Source: an uncultured Gemmatimonadales bacterium
Lineage (GTDB): Bacteria > Gemmatimonadota > Gemmatimonadetes > Gemmatimonadales > GWC2-71-9
NCBI GenBank assembly: GCA_963795085.1
Contig: CAWCFX010000002.1
Coordinates: forward strand, 320,001 to 384,000
Length of the DNA stretch: 64,000 nucleotides
Reading direction: 5' to 3'
Both the position numbers and the translations under genes were made by a program. The notes beneath the pieces are model-generated. The model worked only from the letters and a program-made list of their open reading frames with translations, was not told where the DNA came from and did no database searches. This document shows positions 13,043 to 21,495 of the stretch, in pieces. Numbering within the stretch: position 1 is the stretch's first letter; each line of letters starts with the position of its first letter.

Positions 13043-13528
13043 GTGATCGAAGTCGTTGTCGCCCATCTGGGCCTGGACCGGGCCACCAATACCCCGGTCG
13101 TCATATTGCGGGAGCGTAATGGCGAACGGGTCCTTCCGATCTGGATCGGGCCGGCGGAGGCCAGCGCCATCGCGATGGAAATGCAGGGCGTCAAGGCCGT
13201 TCGCCCCATGACCCACGACCTGCTCAAGCAGGTCATCGTCGGGCTGGGCGCCGAGTTGCGCCGGGTCACCATCCATGACGTCAAGGAAAACACCTACTTC
13301 GCCGAGTTGCTGATGAGCCGGGAAGATCACGTCTTCCAGGTGGATGCCCGCCCCTCCGACAGCATCGCGCTGGCCATCCGGCTCAACGCTCCCATCTACA
13401 CCAGCGACCAGCTGCTGGACCAGCGTACGGTGGAAGCGCCGGAGAGCGATACGACCCTGGAGGCGGAACGCCTGAAGCACCACCTCGAAAACATGGACCC
13501 CCAGGATTTCGGCAAGTTCAACCCGTGA
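13043..13528 (+). CDS. Bifunctional nuclease family protein (DUF151)
   Basis: LPIWIGPAEA, RPMTHDL and DARPSDSIALA motifs; GTG start at 13043 inferred. Confidence 0.9.
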   Translation: MIEVVVAHLGLDRATNTPVVILRERNGERVLPIWIGPAEASAIAMEMQGVKAVRPMTHDLLKQVIVGLGAELRRVTIHDVKENTYFAELLMSREDHVFQVDARPSDSIALAIRLNAPIYTSDQLLDQRTVEAPESDTTLEAERLKHHLENMDPQDFGKFNP

Positions 13529-14649
13529 TGGTCGCCAGCCCCCGCCTCCCCGGAGCCTGGGGCCTGCTGTTGCTCCTCCTCGCCCCGGGGGCCGCGGGAG
13601 GCCAGCAGTCTCTCCCGGTCCGGGGCAGGGTGGTGCTCGCCTCCGCCGATTCCGCCCCGGTCCCCGGGGTTCGGCTGGTCCTGCACCGGGTGGGACGCGC
13701 CGCCCAGGGCCCCCTCGACTCCACGGTGACCGGACCGGACGGTAGTTTCCGGCTCCGGTTCGCGGCCGATACCACCTCTCTCTACCTGCTCTCCGCCAGC
13801 TACGCCGGGATCGAGTATTTCTCCCCGCCCGTCAACACCAATCCCGCGCTGCCGGATACCGCCCTCGTGGTGGCGGTCTTTGATACCTCGTCCACCCAGC
13901 CGGTGACCCAGGTCGCCCGCTACCTGGTGATCCGGCGCGCGGCGGAGGATGGCAGCCGGAGCGTCCTGGACTTGATCGTGCTTGAGAACCGGGGCGCATT
14001 CACCCGGCTGGCCGGCGACACGGTGCGGCCCTCCTGGCAGGGCTTCGTCCCGCGGGGGGCCAGCGGTGTCCGGGTGGGCGAGGCCGACCTCTCGGCCGAT
14101 GCGATCCTGATCCGGGGCGACACCATCGAGGTGTTCGCCCCGATCGCGCCCGGCGAAAAGCAGATCGCGCTGGAGTATGCCCTGCGACCCGGCCTCCCCC
14201 TGGAGCTGGAGTTCGGCCAGGATAGCGTCGCCACCAACGTGCTGGCCCAGGACCCGGATGCCCGGGTCGAGGGCGGCGAGATGGCCGCGGTGGATTCCCA
14301 GAACATCGAAGGCGAAAACTTTCGCCGCTGGGTGGGCGCGCCGCACGCCGGGGACGCGATCAAGGTCAGCTTTGGCTCCGCGGCCGGCGGCGTCCCCGGG
14401 TGGATCCTGCCGGCCATGGTCGGCATGGCCGCGCTGGGATTGCTGGCCGTGTTCTTCCTGCAGCGAAAGCGGCGGGCGACTCCCCACCCGCTTGAAGCGA
14501 TCACCGACCGCATCGCGGAACTGGAAGCGCGCTATGCCGGGCGGGAAGGCGAAGTGCCAGCCCAGGAGTGGACCGGGTACCTGGCCGACCGGGAACGGCT
14601 GCGGGCCTCCCTGGCCGCCCACCTTGCCAGCCGGGGGAGAGCCCCCTAG
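13525..14649 (+). CDS. Exported protein with beta-rich domains, a C-terminal TM helix and a short cytoplasmic helical tail
   Basis: Signal peptide; beta-sandwich-like TGPDGSFRL segment; TM segment WILPAMVGMAALGLLAVFFL followed by QRKRR. Confidence 0.7.
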   Translation: MMVASPRLPGAWGLLLLLLAPGAAGGQQSLPVRGRVVLASADSAPVPGVRLVLHRVGRAAQGPLDSTVTGPDGSFRLRFAADTTSLYLLSASYAGIEYFSPPVNTNPALPDTALVVAVFDTSSTQPVTQVARYLVIRRAAEDGSRSVLDLIVLENRGAFTRLAGDTVRPSWQGFVPRGASGVRVGEADLSADAILIRGDTIEVFAPIAPGEKQIALEYALRPGLPLELEFGQDSVATNVLAQDPDARVEGGEMAAVDSQNIEGENFRRWVGAPHAGDAIKVSFGSAAGGVPGWILPAMVGMAALGLLAVFFLQRKRRATPHPLEAITDRIAELEARYAGREGEVPAQEWTGYLADRERLRASLAAHLASRGRAP

Positions 14650-14652
14650 CAT
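14624..14652 (+). promoter_or_regulatory. Putative sigma70-type promoter of the riboswitch-btu operon
   Basis: TTGCCA (14624-14629), 17-bp spacer, TAGCAT (14647-14652), just upstream of riboswitch P1. Confidence 0.55.
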
Positions 14653-14665
14653 TGAGCTGTTATCA

Positions 14666-14851
14666 GCGAACGCGGATATTCGGAAGCCGGTGGAAATCCG
14701 GCGCGGCCCCGCCACTGTAACGGGCAGTTCGAGGCGCAGCAGCAGCGCCCTTTCGTTCACACGCCACTGGGAGGTTCCCGGGAAGGCGAACGAATCGCCC
14801 GAAGCCAGGAGACCTCCTCGTTCGCGCCACCTGTTTGCCCTCGGGGGAGGG
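14666..14851 (+). ncRNA. Cobalamin riboswitch
   Basis: GGAA-GCCGGTG-GAAA-TCCGGC, GCGGCCCCGCCACTGT, GCCACTGG...GGGAAGGC, AGCCAGGAGACC B12 box; P1 GCGAACG/CGTTCGC; downstream CCCTC-GGGG-GAGGG hairpin able to kiss the CCCC loop; lies upstream of B12 transport genes. Confidence 0.93.
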
Positions 14852-14885
14852 AATGGTGGCGTGACGCGCCTCCCGGCGACGCTAC

Positions 14886-14917
14886 GCCCTTCTCCGATCC
14901 AACGAGAGGGGCATTTT
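14886..14917 (+). terminator. Riboswitch expression-platform hairpin (terminator or RBS sequestration)
   Basis: GCCCTTCTC/GAGAGGGGC stem followed by ATTTT; the 3' arm is the purine-rich RBS of the TTG start at 14920. Confidence 0.6.
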
Positions 14918-14919
14918 CA

Positions 14920-15810
14920 TTGGGCCATACTCCCCGGTTCGCGGCACTCCTCCCCGCCGTACTTCTTGCGCTGGCCATTGGCTGCCAGTCGCGGGAGCCG
15001 GGCGCCGGTCCGCTGCTCGCCGTGGACGACGCCGGCGATACGGTCCGCCTGGCAGCACCCGCCCGGCGCGTCGTCTCGCTGGTCCCCGCGACCACCGAAT
15101 TGCTGTTCGCCATCGGTGCCGGTGGCCAGCTGGTCGGCCGCACCCGCTGGGACGACTATCCCGCCCAGGCCGCCGCGATCCCCGATGTCGGCGATGGCCT
15201 CAGCCCCAGTATCGAAGCCATCCTCTCCCGGCAGCCCGACCTGGTGGTCATGTATCACTCCGGCTCCAATGCCGCGGCGGCCGGCCAGCTTCGCCAGCTG
15301 GGTATTCCCACCGTTCAACTCTCGGTGGACCGGCTCGCCGATGTGCCCCGCATCGCCCGCTTGCTGGGCCGGCTCACCGGACACGCCGGCGGCGCCGATA
15401 GCCTGGCGCGCCGCATGGCCGCCGAACTGGAGGCGGTGACCGTGCCGGCCACGACCACCGGGTTGCGAGTGTTGATCGTGGCCTGGGACCAGCCCCCCAT
15501 GGTGATCGGCGCCGGCAGTTTCCTGAGCGAGGTGGTCGAGCGGGCCGGGGCGGCCAATCTCTTCGGCGATCTCGCCGAGCCATCGGCATTGATCAGCATC
15601 GAAGCGGTGGTGCAGCGCGACCCCGATGCACTGCTGGTCAGCTCGGACGGGCCGCCGGCGCTGGCCTCCCGCCCCGAGTGGCGGGTGGTGCCGGCCGTCC
15701 GCGCCAACCGGTTCATCCACGTGACCAGCTCGGCGTTCAGCCGTCCCAGCCCCCGGGCGCCCGAGGCCATTCGTGAACTCCGGCGCAAGCTGGCGGAGTT
15801 CCGGCGGTGA
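14920..15810 (+). CDS. btuF: Cobalamin ABC transporter substrate-binding lipoprotein (BtuF-like)
   Basis: Lipobox LAIGC; RVVSLVPATTELLFAIG and SRPSPR helical-backbone motifs; riboswitch context. Confidence 0.88.
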   Translation: MGHTPRFAALLPAVLLALAIGCQSREPGAGPLLAVDDAGDTVRLAAPARRVVSLVPATTELLFAIGAGGQLVGRTRWDDYPAQAAAIPDVGDGLSPSIEAILSRQPDLVVMYHSGSNAAAAGQLRQLGIPTVQLSVDRLADVPRIARLLGRLTGHAGGADSLARRMAAELEAVTVPATTTGLRVLIVAWDQPPMVIGAGSFLSEVVERAGAANLFGDLAEPSALISIEAVVQRDPDALLVSSDGPPALASRPEWRVVPAVRANRFIHVTSSAFSRPSPRAPEAIRELRRKLAEFRR

Positions 15811-16781
15811 GACCGGGAACGTCCTCGCTCGTCGCCGCGGGAGTGCTCCTCTCGCTGGCCATCGGGCTGTCTGCCGGCGCGGTATCGCTGAGCCCCTCCG
15901 AGCTATGGCAGGGACTGGTGAATCCGGCGGCGCCGGCGGCGGATATCCTGCGGAGCCTCCGGGTGCCGCGGGTCCTGCTGGCCTTCGCCGTGGGGGGCAG
16001 TCTGGGCCTCTCCGGCGCGGCGCTCCAGGCCCTGGTCCGTAACCCGCTGGCCGAGCCCTACCTCCTGGGGCTCTCCGGCGGCGCCGGACTGGGCGCCGTG
16101 GTCGCGATCGGTCTCAGGATTCCGAGTGCCTGGGCCATTCCGGTTGCCGCGTTCGCGGGCGCCATGGCCGCGGTCGCCCTGGTCTACCGGCTGAGCCTGG
16201 TGGAAGGACGCCGGCTCGACCCGCGGGTGCTGCTGCTGGCCGGCGTGGTGGTGGGTGCCTTTGCCACCGCGCTGATGAGTGCGATCATCGTGCTGTCCGA
16301 CGCGGTCCAGTTGCGGAACGCCTTTCTCTGGCTGCTGGGCGGATTCAGCGCGGCGTCCTGGCAGTCGCTGGCGATCTTCATGGCCTACAGCGCGGTGCCG
16401 GCGGGACTCCTGTTCCTGAGCGGACGGTCGCTGGACCTGCTGGTGCTGGGCGACGACACCGCCCACCACCTGGGGGCCGACGTGGACCGGACCCGGGTCC
16501 TCGTCTATGTCACGACGGCGTTGCTGACGGCGGCGGCGGTCGCCACCTGCGGGATCATCGGGTTCGTGGGCCTGGTGGTGCCCCACGCGGTCCGCCGCGT
16601 CTGGGGACCGATACACCGGACCCTGCTCCCCATCGTCTTTGTGGCCAGCGGGGGGTTCCTGGTGCTGGCGGACGCGCTCGCCCGCACGGTGGTGCGGCCC
16701 GCCGAACTGCCGGTGGGCGTGGTGACGGCACTGGTCGGGGTTCCGCTCTTCGCCCTGCTCCTGCGGCGGACGCTGGCATGA
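15807..16781 (+). CDS. btuC: FecCD/BtuC-family ABC permease
   Basis: LRVPR, RNPLAEPYLLG and GIIGFVGLVVPH motifs. Confidence 0.88.
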   Translation: MRPGTSSLVAAGVLLSLAIGLSAGAVSLSPSELWQGLVNPAAPAADILRSLRVPRVLLAFAVGGSLGLSGAALQALVRNPLAEPYLLGLSGGAGLGAVVAIGLRIPSAWAIPVAAFAGAMAAVALVYRLSLVEGRRLDPRVLLLAGVVVGAFATALMSAIIVLSDAVQLRNAFLWLLGGFSAASWQSLAIFMAYSAVPAGLLFLSGRSLDLLVLGDDTAHHLGADVDRTRVLVYVTTALLTAAAVATCGIIGFVGLVVPHAVRRVWGPIHRTLLPIVFVASGGFLVLADALARTVVRPAELPVGVVTALVGVPLFALLLRRTLA

Positions 16782-17566
16782 TCGTGCAGGCCAGCAACCT
16801 CACCGTGCGTTACCCGGGCAGCGAGTCGCTTGCCATCGACGGGGTGAGTTGCACCGTGGACCGGGGCCAGCTCCTGGCCGTGGTGGGACCCAACGGGTGC
16901 GGCAAGACCACCCTGTTGCGGGCCATTCTCGGGCTGGTGCCCCTGGAGCGGGGTGAATCCGCCATCGAGTCCCGGCCGCTGGCCGGCTGGAAACGACGGG
17001 AGCTGGCGCAGGTGCTGGGGGTCGTGGCCCAGCGGGAGGAACTGATCTATCCCCTCCGCGTGCAAGAGACGGTACTGCTGGGCCGCTATGCCCGGCTGGG
17101 TCCGCTCGCCCCGGTCGGCGATGCCGACCGCGCCGCGGTGGAACGGGCGCTGCGCCGCTGCGATGCCTGGGATCTCCGGCACCGCCGCGCCGACACCCTG
17201 TCCGGCGGGGAATGGCAGCGGGTGCGGGTGGCACGCGCCCTGGCGCAGGAGCCCCGTGCGCTGCTGCTGGACGAACCGACCGCGGCCCTCGATATCCGCC
17301 ACGAGATGGAGATCTTCGAGCTGGTGCGCCAGCTGGTGAGCGAAGGACTGGCCGCGCTGGTCATCACCCACCAGATCAACCTGGCCGCGCGCTACGCCAC
17401 CGGGATGCTGCTGCTCTCCCGTGGCCGGGTCGCCGCCAGTGGTCCCCCGGCCGCGGTGATCCGGCGGGAGGTGCTGGAGACAGTCTTCGAATGGCCGGTA
17501 TCGGTGCACGACTGGCTCGGCCAGGTTCCCCAGCTGGTTCCGCTTCGGCCCGGAGAAACCCGGTGA
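16778..17566 (+). CDS. btuD: ABC transporter ATP-binding protein (BtuD/FepC-like)
   Basis: GPNGCGKT, LSGGEWQR and LLLDEPT motifs. Confidence 0.88.
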   Translation: MIVQASNLTVRYPGSESLAIDGVSCTVDRGQLLAVVGPNGCGKTTLLRAILGLVPLERGESAIESRPLAGWKRRELAQVLGVVAQREELIYPLRVQETVLLGRYARLGPLAPVGDADRAAVERALRRCDAWDLRHRRADTLSGGEWQRVRVARALAQEPRALLLDEPTAALDIRHEMEIFELVRQLVSEGLAALVITHQINLAARYATGMLLLSRGRVAASGPPAAVIRREVLETVFEWPVSVHDWLGQVPQLVPLRPGETR

Positions 17567-19599
17567 TCCGGCCGGGTCTTCTGCCGTGGATCGCGGCCTG
17601 GGCGGTCGCCGCCCCGGCGGCCGCGCAGGCGCCGGCGACTATTTCCGGCCGGGTCGTTGACCGGGAGACCCGGCACCCGGTGGAGGCGGCCGAGATCCGG
17701 CTGGGCGACCAGTGGCGGCTGGTCCGGCAGGGAGGCCGCTTTACCATCGCGGTGGAACCGGGGCTGCATTACCTCGAGATCCGCGCGGTCGGCTATGCCA
17801 CCGCGGAGCGCGAGGTTCGCGTGCTGCCGGGGCAGGGGGAGACGGTCATCGTGGCGCTGGTTCCGGCTGTCGCCGCCCTCGACAGCATCGTCATCACCGC
17901 CTCCCGGTTGCCGGCCATCACGGGTGACGAGCTTCGGTCCCGCGGGGGTGACCTTCCCACCGCGCTCAACGGCTGGCAGGGCATCGTGGTCACCCGGACG
18001 GGCCAGGGCGATGAAGCGATAGCCCGGATCCGGGGCAGCGCCGCCGACGAGGTCCTGGTGCTGGTGGATGGCTTCGCCCTGAATGACCCCTTTACCGGCC
18101 GCGCCGACCTGGCCCGGCTCGCGGTCCAGGACGTCGAACAGATAACCATGGCGCCGGGCGCTCAGAATGCCCGCGCCGGGAGCCGCGCCGTGGCAGGCGT
18201 GATCGAGATCAGGACCCGGCACCGCTTCGCGCCCGAGGCCATGGTGGGTGCCGGGTCGGCCGGAACCGTCCAGGCGCGAATGGCTGCCAGCGCCGGACGA
18301 GTGTCGGCGGCGCTCATGGTCCAGTCACTGCCTGACGATTACCGGGTGGATGTGCCGTCAGGGGGAGAGGCGCGACGGAACAACGCCGGCGGCGAAATCT
18401 GGACCCTCAATGCCCGGGCCCGGGCCGGTGTGGACCTGGTGATCCGCGGCTCCTTCTCGGATCGCGGCCTTCCCGGTACGACGGTCAATCCCACCCCGGC
18501 CGCCCGGACCCGGGACCGGGCGCTGCTCCTCGGCATGAGCACCGGCGCAGCCACCTGGGCCCGTGCATCGCTCGAGTTCCTCGATACCCGGTCGTCCGAT
18601 GACGCTCCTCCCCCGGGATTCGTGGCCTACCGGGCGCATACCCACGGGTGGGGGAGCACCGTGGAGACGGGGCTCCGGGGCCGGCACTCGATGGGGTCGT
18701 GGACCGCCGGTACCTCCCTGGCCGTAGATGCCCGGCATGACCGGTTCCGGGGCGACGCGGTGCGCGACAATGCCTCGTTCAGTCGTGCCGGCGCCTCGGC
18801 TGGCCTGGAACTGCATCGGCCTGGTAAGGCCGTCAGTTGGCGGGTAGCCCCCATTGTTCGGGCCGACTGGTTCACCGGCCAGGACGGCCCCCTGGCCAGC
18901 GCGCGCATGGATCTCGAAATGGCCAGCAAGGGAACCTCGGCCACCGCCGCGTTCGGAAACGGCGTCACGGTGCCGGCGCTCGCCGACCTGCTTTTCCGCG
19001 ATGCGGTCGGCGTCGCCATTAACCCGGACCTGCGGCCGGAACGGGTGCGCTGGGAAGCAGAGCTGGGAGTGTCGCAGGAGTTTTCGGCCCGGGGCCACCG
19101 GGGCACGCTGCGACTCGGCGGCTTTTATGGCGTGGTGGACGACATGATACTCTGGACACCGAACTTCCGGTTTGTCTGGAGTCCGGGGAATTTCGGGGTC
19201 CGGCGCCGGGGGGTGGAAGGCAGCCTGGACCTGGGGGCGTCACGGGGCCTGCGCCTGCACGCCTCCGCCGCCCTGACCCGCACCAGCTACGATACCCGGG
19301 GGGGCGGCGCCGTCCCGTACCGGCCCGAGGCCATGTACGCGCTCAGCACCTCGTGGTCGCCTGGCCCATGGCGCTTTTCCCTCGGATGGAACTACCTGGG
19401 CGCCCGGTACAGCCGGAACCGGGAGACCCAGGCTCTGCCCGGGTTCGGCCTGGTGACTGCGGGTGTCTCGCGCCGGGTCGGGCAGGTGGTTCTCCGGGGC
19501 GAAGTCCGCGACCTCACCGATGCGCGGCCGATGTACATCGCGGGGTTTCCTACCCCGGGCCGCACCGTTCACCTTTCGATCAACCTGGAACTGCCATGA
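17563..19599 (+). CDS. TonB-dependent receptor (BtuB-like) with N-terminal carboxypeptidase-regulatory-like domain
   Basis: Signal peptide, ISGRVVD..., plug motif IRGS...VLVLVDG, GVIEIRT, NPDLRPE, C-terminal PGRTVHLSINLELP. Confidence 0.88.
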   Translation: MIRPGLLPWIAAWAVAAPAAAQAPATISGRVVDRETRHPVEAAEIRLGDQWRLVRQGGRFTIAVEPGLHYLEIRAVGYATAEREVRVLPGQGETVIVALVPAVAALDSIVITASRLPAITGDELRSRGGDLPTALNGWQGIVVTRTGQGDEAIARIRGSAADEVLVLVDGFALNDPFTGRADLARLAVQDVEQITMAPGAQNARAGSRAVAGVIEIRTRHRFAPEAMVGAGSAGTVQARMAASAGRVSAALMVQSLPDDYRVDVPSGGEARRNNAGGEIWTLNARARAGVDLVIRGSFSDRGLPGTTVNPTPAARTRDRALLLGMSTGAATWARASLEFLDTRSSDDAPPPGFVAYRAHTHGWGSTVETGLRGRHSMGSWTAGTSLAVDARHDRFRGDAVRDNASFSRAGASAGLELHRPGKAVSWRVAPIVRADWFTGQDGPLASARMDLEMASKGTSATAAFGNGVTVPALADLLFRDAVGVAINPDLRPERVRWEAELGVSQEFSARGHRGTLRLGGFYGVVDDMILWTPNFRFVWSPGNFGVRRRGVEGSLDLGASRGLRLHASAALTRTSYDTRGGGAVPYRPEAMYALSTSWSPGPWRFSLGWNYLGARYSRNRETQALPGFGLVTAGVSRRVGQVVLRGEVRDLTDARPMYIAGFPTPGRTVHLSINLELP

Positions 19600-20648
19600 T
19601 CTCTTCCCGTCGCCTCCTCACCACCGCCGCAGTGCTGGGCCTGCTCGCCGCCTGCGCGGAAACCTCGGCGCCTCTGCCGCCGGCGGACGAGGTTCTCCTG
19701 GTCGTCAACAGCACCGAAGCTTCGCTCAGCGTGATCCCGGTCAAGTCGCCGGGGTCCGGGGTCACGGTGCCGCTGGGGGGAACCACGCCCTCGCCCGTGA
19801 ACGTCGCCGCCCGGGACGGCATCGCCATTGTCCCCATGGGTCTCGACAACAACGTCGCGGTGGTGGACCTTCGCCAGGCCCAGGTCATCAACTCCATCCA
19901 GCTGCCGGCGGGATCGGGCGCCACCGGCGCGGCGCTGATCAGCGATTCCATCGCCTATGTCGCGAACCCCAATCTGAACACGGTCACCCGGATCAACCTC
20001 CGCTCCGGGGACACCGCCAGCGTACGAGTGGGTGTTTACCCCCAGGGCATGGTCTTCACCCGGGGGCGGCTGTTCGTGCTCAATGGCAACCTCGTCAACT
20101 TTTCGCCGGCCGGCCCCAGCTGGATCACCGTGATCGATCCGGTCACGAATACCAAGGCAGCCGGGATCGACAGCATCGCCCTGCCCGGTCCCGGCAACGC
20201 CGGGTTCGCGGATGTGGCCAGCGACGGGCTGATCTACGTGATGAGCTCGGGGAGTTTTTCCGGCGGGGAAGGCCGGCTGCACATCGTGGACCCGGTGGGG
20301 AGAAGCGAGGTCGCCAATTTCGGGGGGTTCGGCGTGGCGCCCGGGGCCATCGCGGCTGACGGCGGGGAACGCCTGTTCATCTCCTCCTTTACCGAAGGGT
20401 TGATGGAGTTCAATACCCGGACCCGCGCCGTGGTACGGGGCGCCGGAAACGGAGTCAGCATCCCCGGCAACTCCGCGGTCGAGGTGGATAGCGAGGGGCG
20501 CATCTATGCCGTGGGCACCGGGCCCTGCCAGGGGGGGCAGGTGGGCGTGGCCCACGTGCTGGGCGTCAACCTGAACGAGACCGGGACCGTGAACCTGGGC
20601 GAATGCTCGATCTTCGCGGCCGTCACCGAGATCCCACCGGCGCCCTGA
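19596..20648 (+). CDS. YncE/YVTN-type beta-propeller lipoprotein (BtuG-like)
   Basis: Lipobox LLAAC; repeated blades (VVNS..SLSVI, YVANP..NTVTRIN, VGVYPQGM, LFVLNG, ITVIDP); ATG overlaps the receptor stop. Confidence 0.75.
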   Translation: MISSRRLLTTAAVLGLLAACAETSAPLPPADEVLLVVNSTEASLSVIPVKSPGSGVTVPLGGTTPSPVNVAARDGIAIVPMGLDNNVAVVDLRQAQVINSIQLPAGSGATGAALISDSIAYVANPNLNTVTRINLRSGDTASVRVGVYPQGMVFTRGRLFVLNGNLVNFSPAGPSWITVIDPVTNTKAAGIDSIALPGPGNAGFADVASDGLIYVMSSGSFSGGEGRLHIVDPVGRSEVANFGGFGVAPGAIAADGGERLFISSFTEGLMEFNTRTRAVVRGAGNGVSIPGNSAVEVDSEGRIYAVGTGPCQGGQVGVAHVLGVNLNETGTVNLGECSIFAAVTEIPPAP

Positions 20649-20735
20649 GCCGAGGCCAGCAGGCAATGGCGACGATCCCTGGTCAATGACCTGTGCCGAA
20701 TCACGAATTGGTTCGGGGGCGCTTATTCTTCTCCC

Positions 20736-21495
20736 ATGCCGCCTCTTTCCACACCCGCGATCATACTGGCCGCATTCCGGTATGGCGAGAGCAGCAAGAT
20801 CCTCCGTCTCGCCACTGAAGCGGCCGGGGTGCAGAGCGCCATCGCGAAAGGCGCGCTGCGGCCCCGGAGCCGGTTCGGTGCCGCCCTCCAGGTTCTCAGC
20901 GACGGCCACGCCCACCTCATCGTCCACGCCAACCGGGAGCTGCAACTGCTCACCGCGTTTGATCTGCAGCGGATCCGGGTCGGACTTGCCCGGGACATGG
21001 AGCGCTACGCGGCCGCCACCGCGCTGGCCGAGGTGATGCTGCGCTTCGCGCCCGGCGACGAGCATGCCGGGAGCTTCCAGGCGCTGCAGGGAGGGCTGAA
21101 TAGCCTGGAGTCGGCGCCGGCCGGTGAGGTCGAGGCCGAGGGAATCAGCGTCATGTGGCGCCTGGTCGGAGCCCTCGGATTCGAGCCCACCCTGCACGAG
21201 TGCGTGCGCTGCGGGGAGGAGTCGCCGGCGGGAGAGCTGCTCTTCGATGCGGCCGCCGGGGGCTCCGTGTGTGCCGGTTGCGGCCGCCAGGGCAGCCCCG
21301 CGCGGCTGAATGCCGAGGACCGGGGCGGCCTGCTGGCGCTGATCCAGCCGGGAGGGACGGCGCCCCCCGCTTTCGGCCCGGCAAGGCGCCGCCCACCGGC
21401 GCCTTCTCGCCCGGTACATTCAGTATCATCTTGGCGAAGGCGCCGCGCTGCCGGCGCTGGATTTCTGGATTCGGCGCCCCTGGGATGCCGCGTGA
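20736..21495 (+). CDS. recO: DNA repair protein RecO (one extra base, probably in the C6 run 21363-21368)
   Basis: YGESSKI, AKGA.RPRSRFG and CxxC...CxxC zinc finger; the C-terminus HRRLLARYIQYHLG..LPALDFW is in the shifted frame ending at TGA 21493-21495. Confidence 0.88.
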
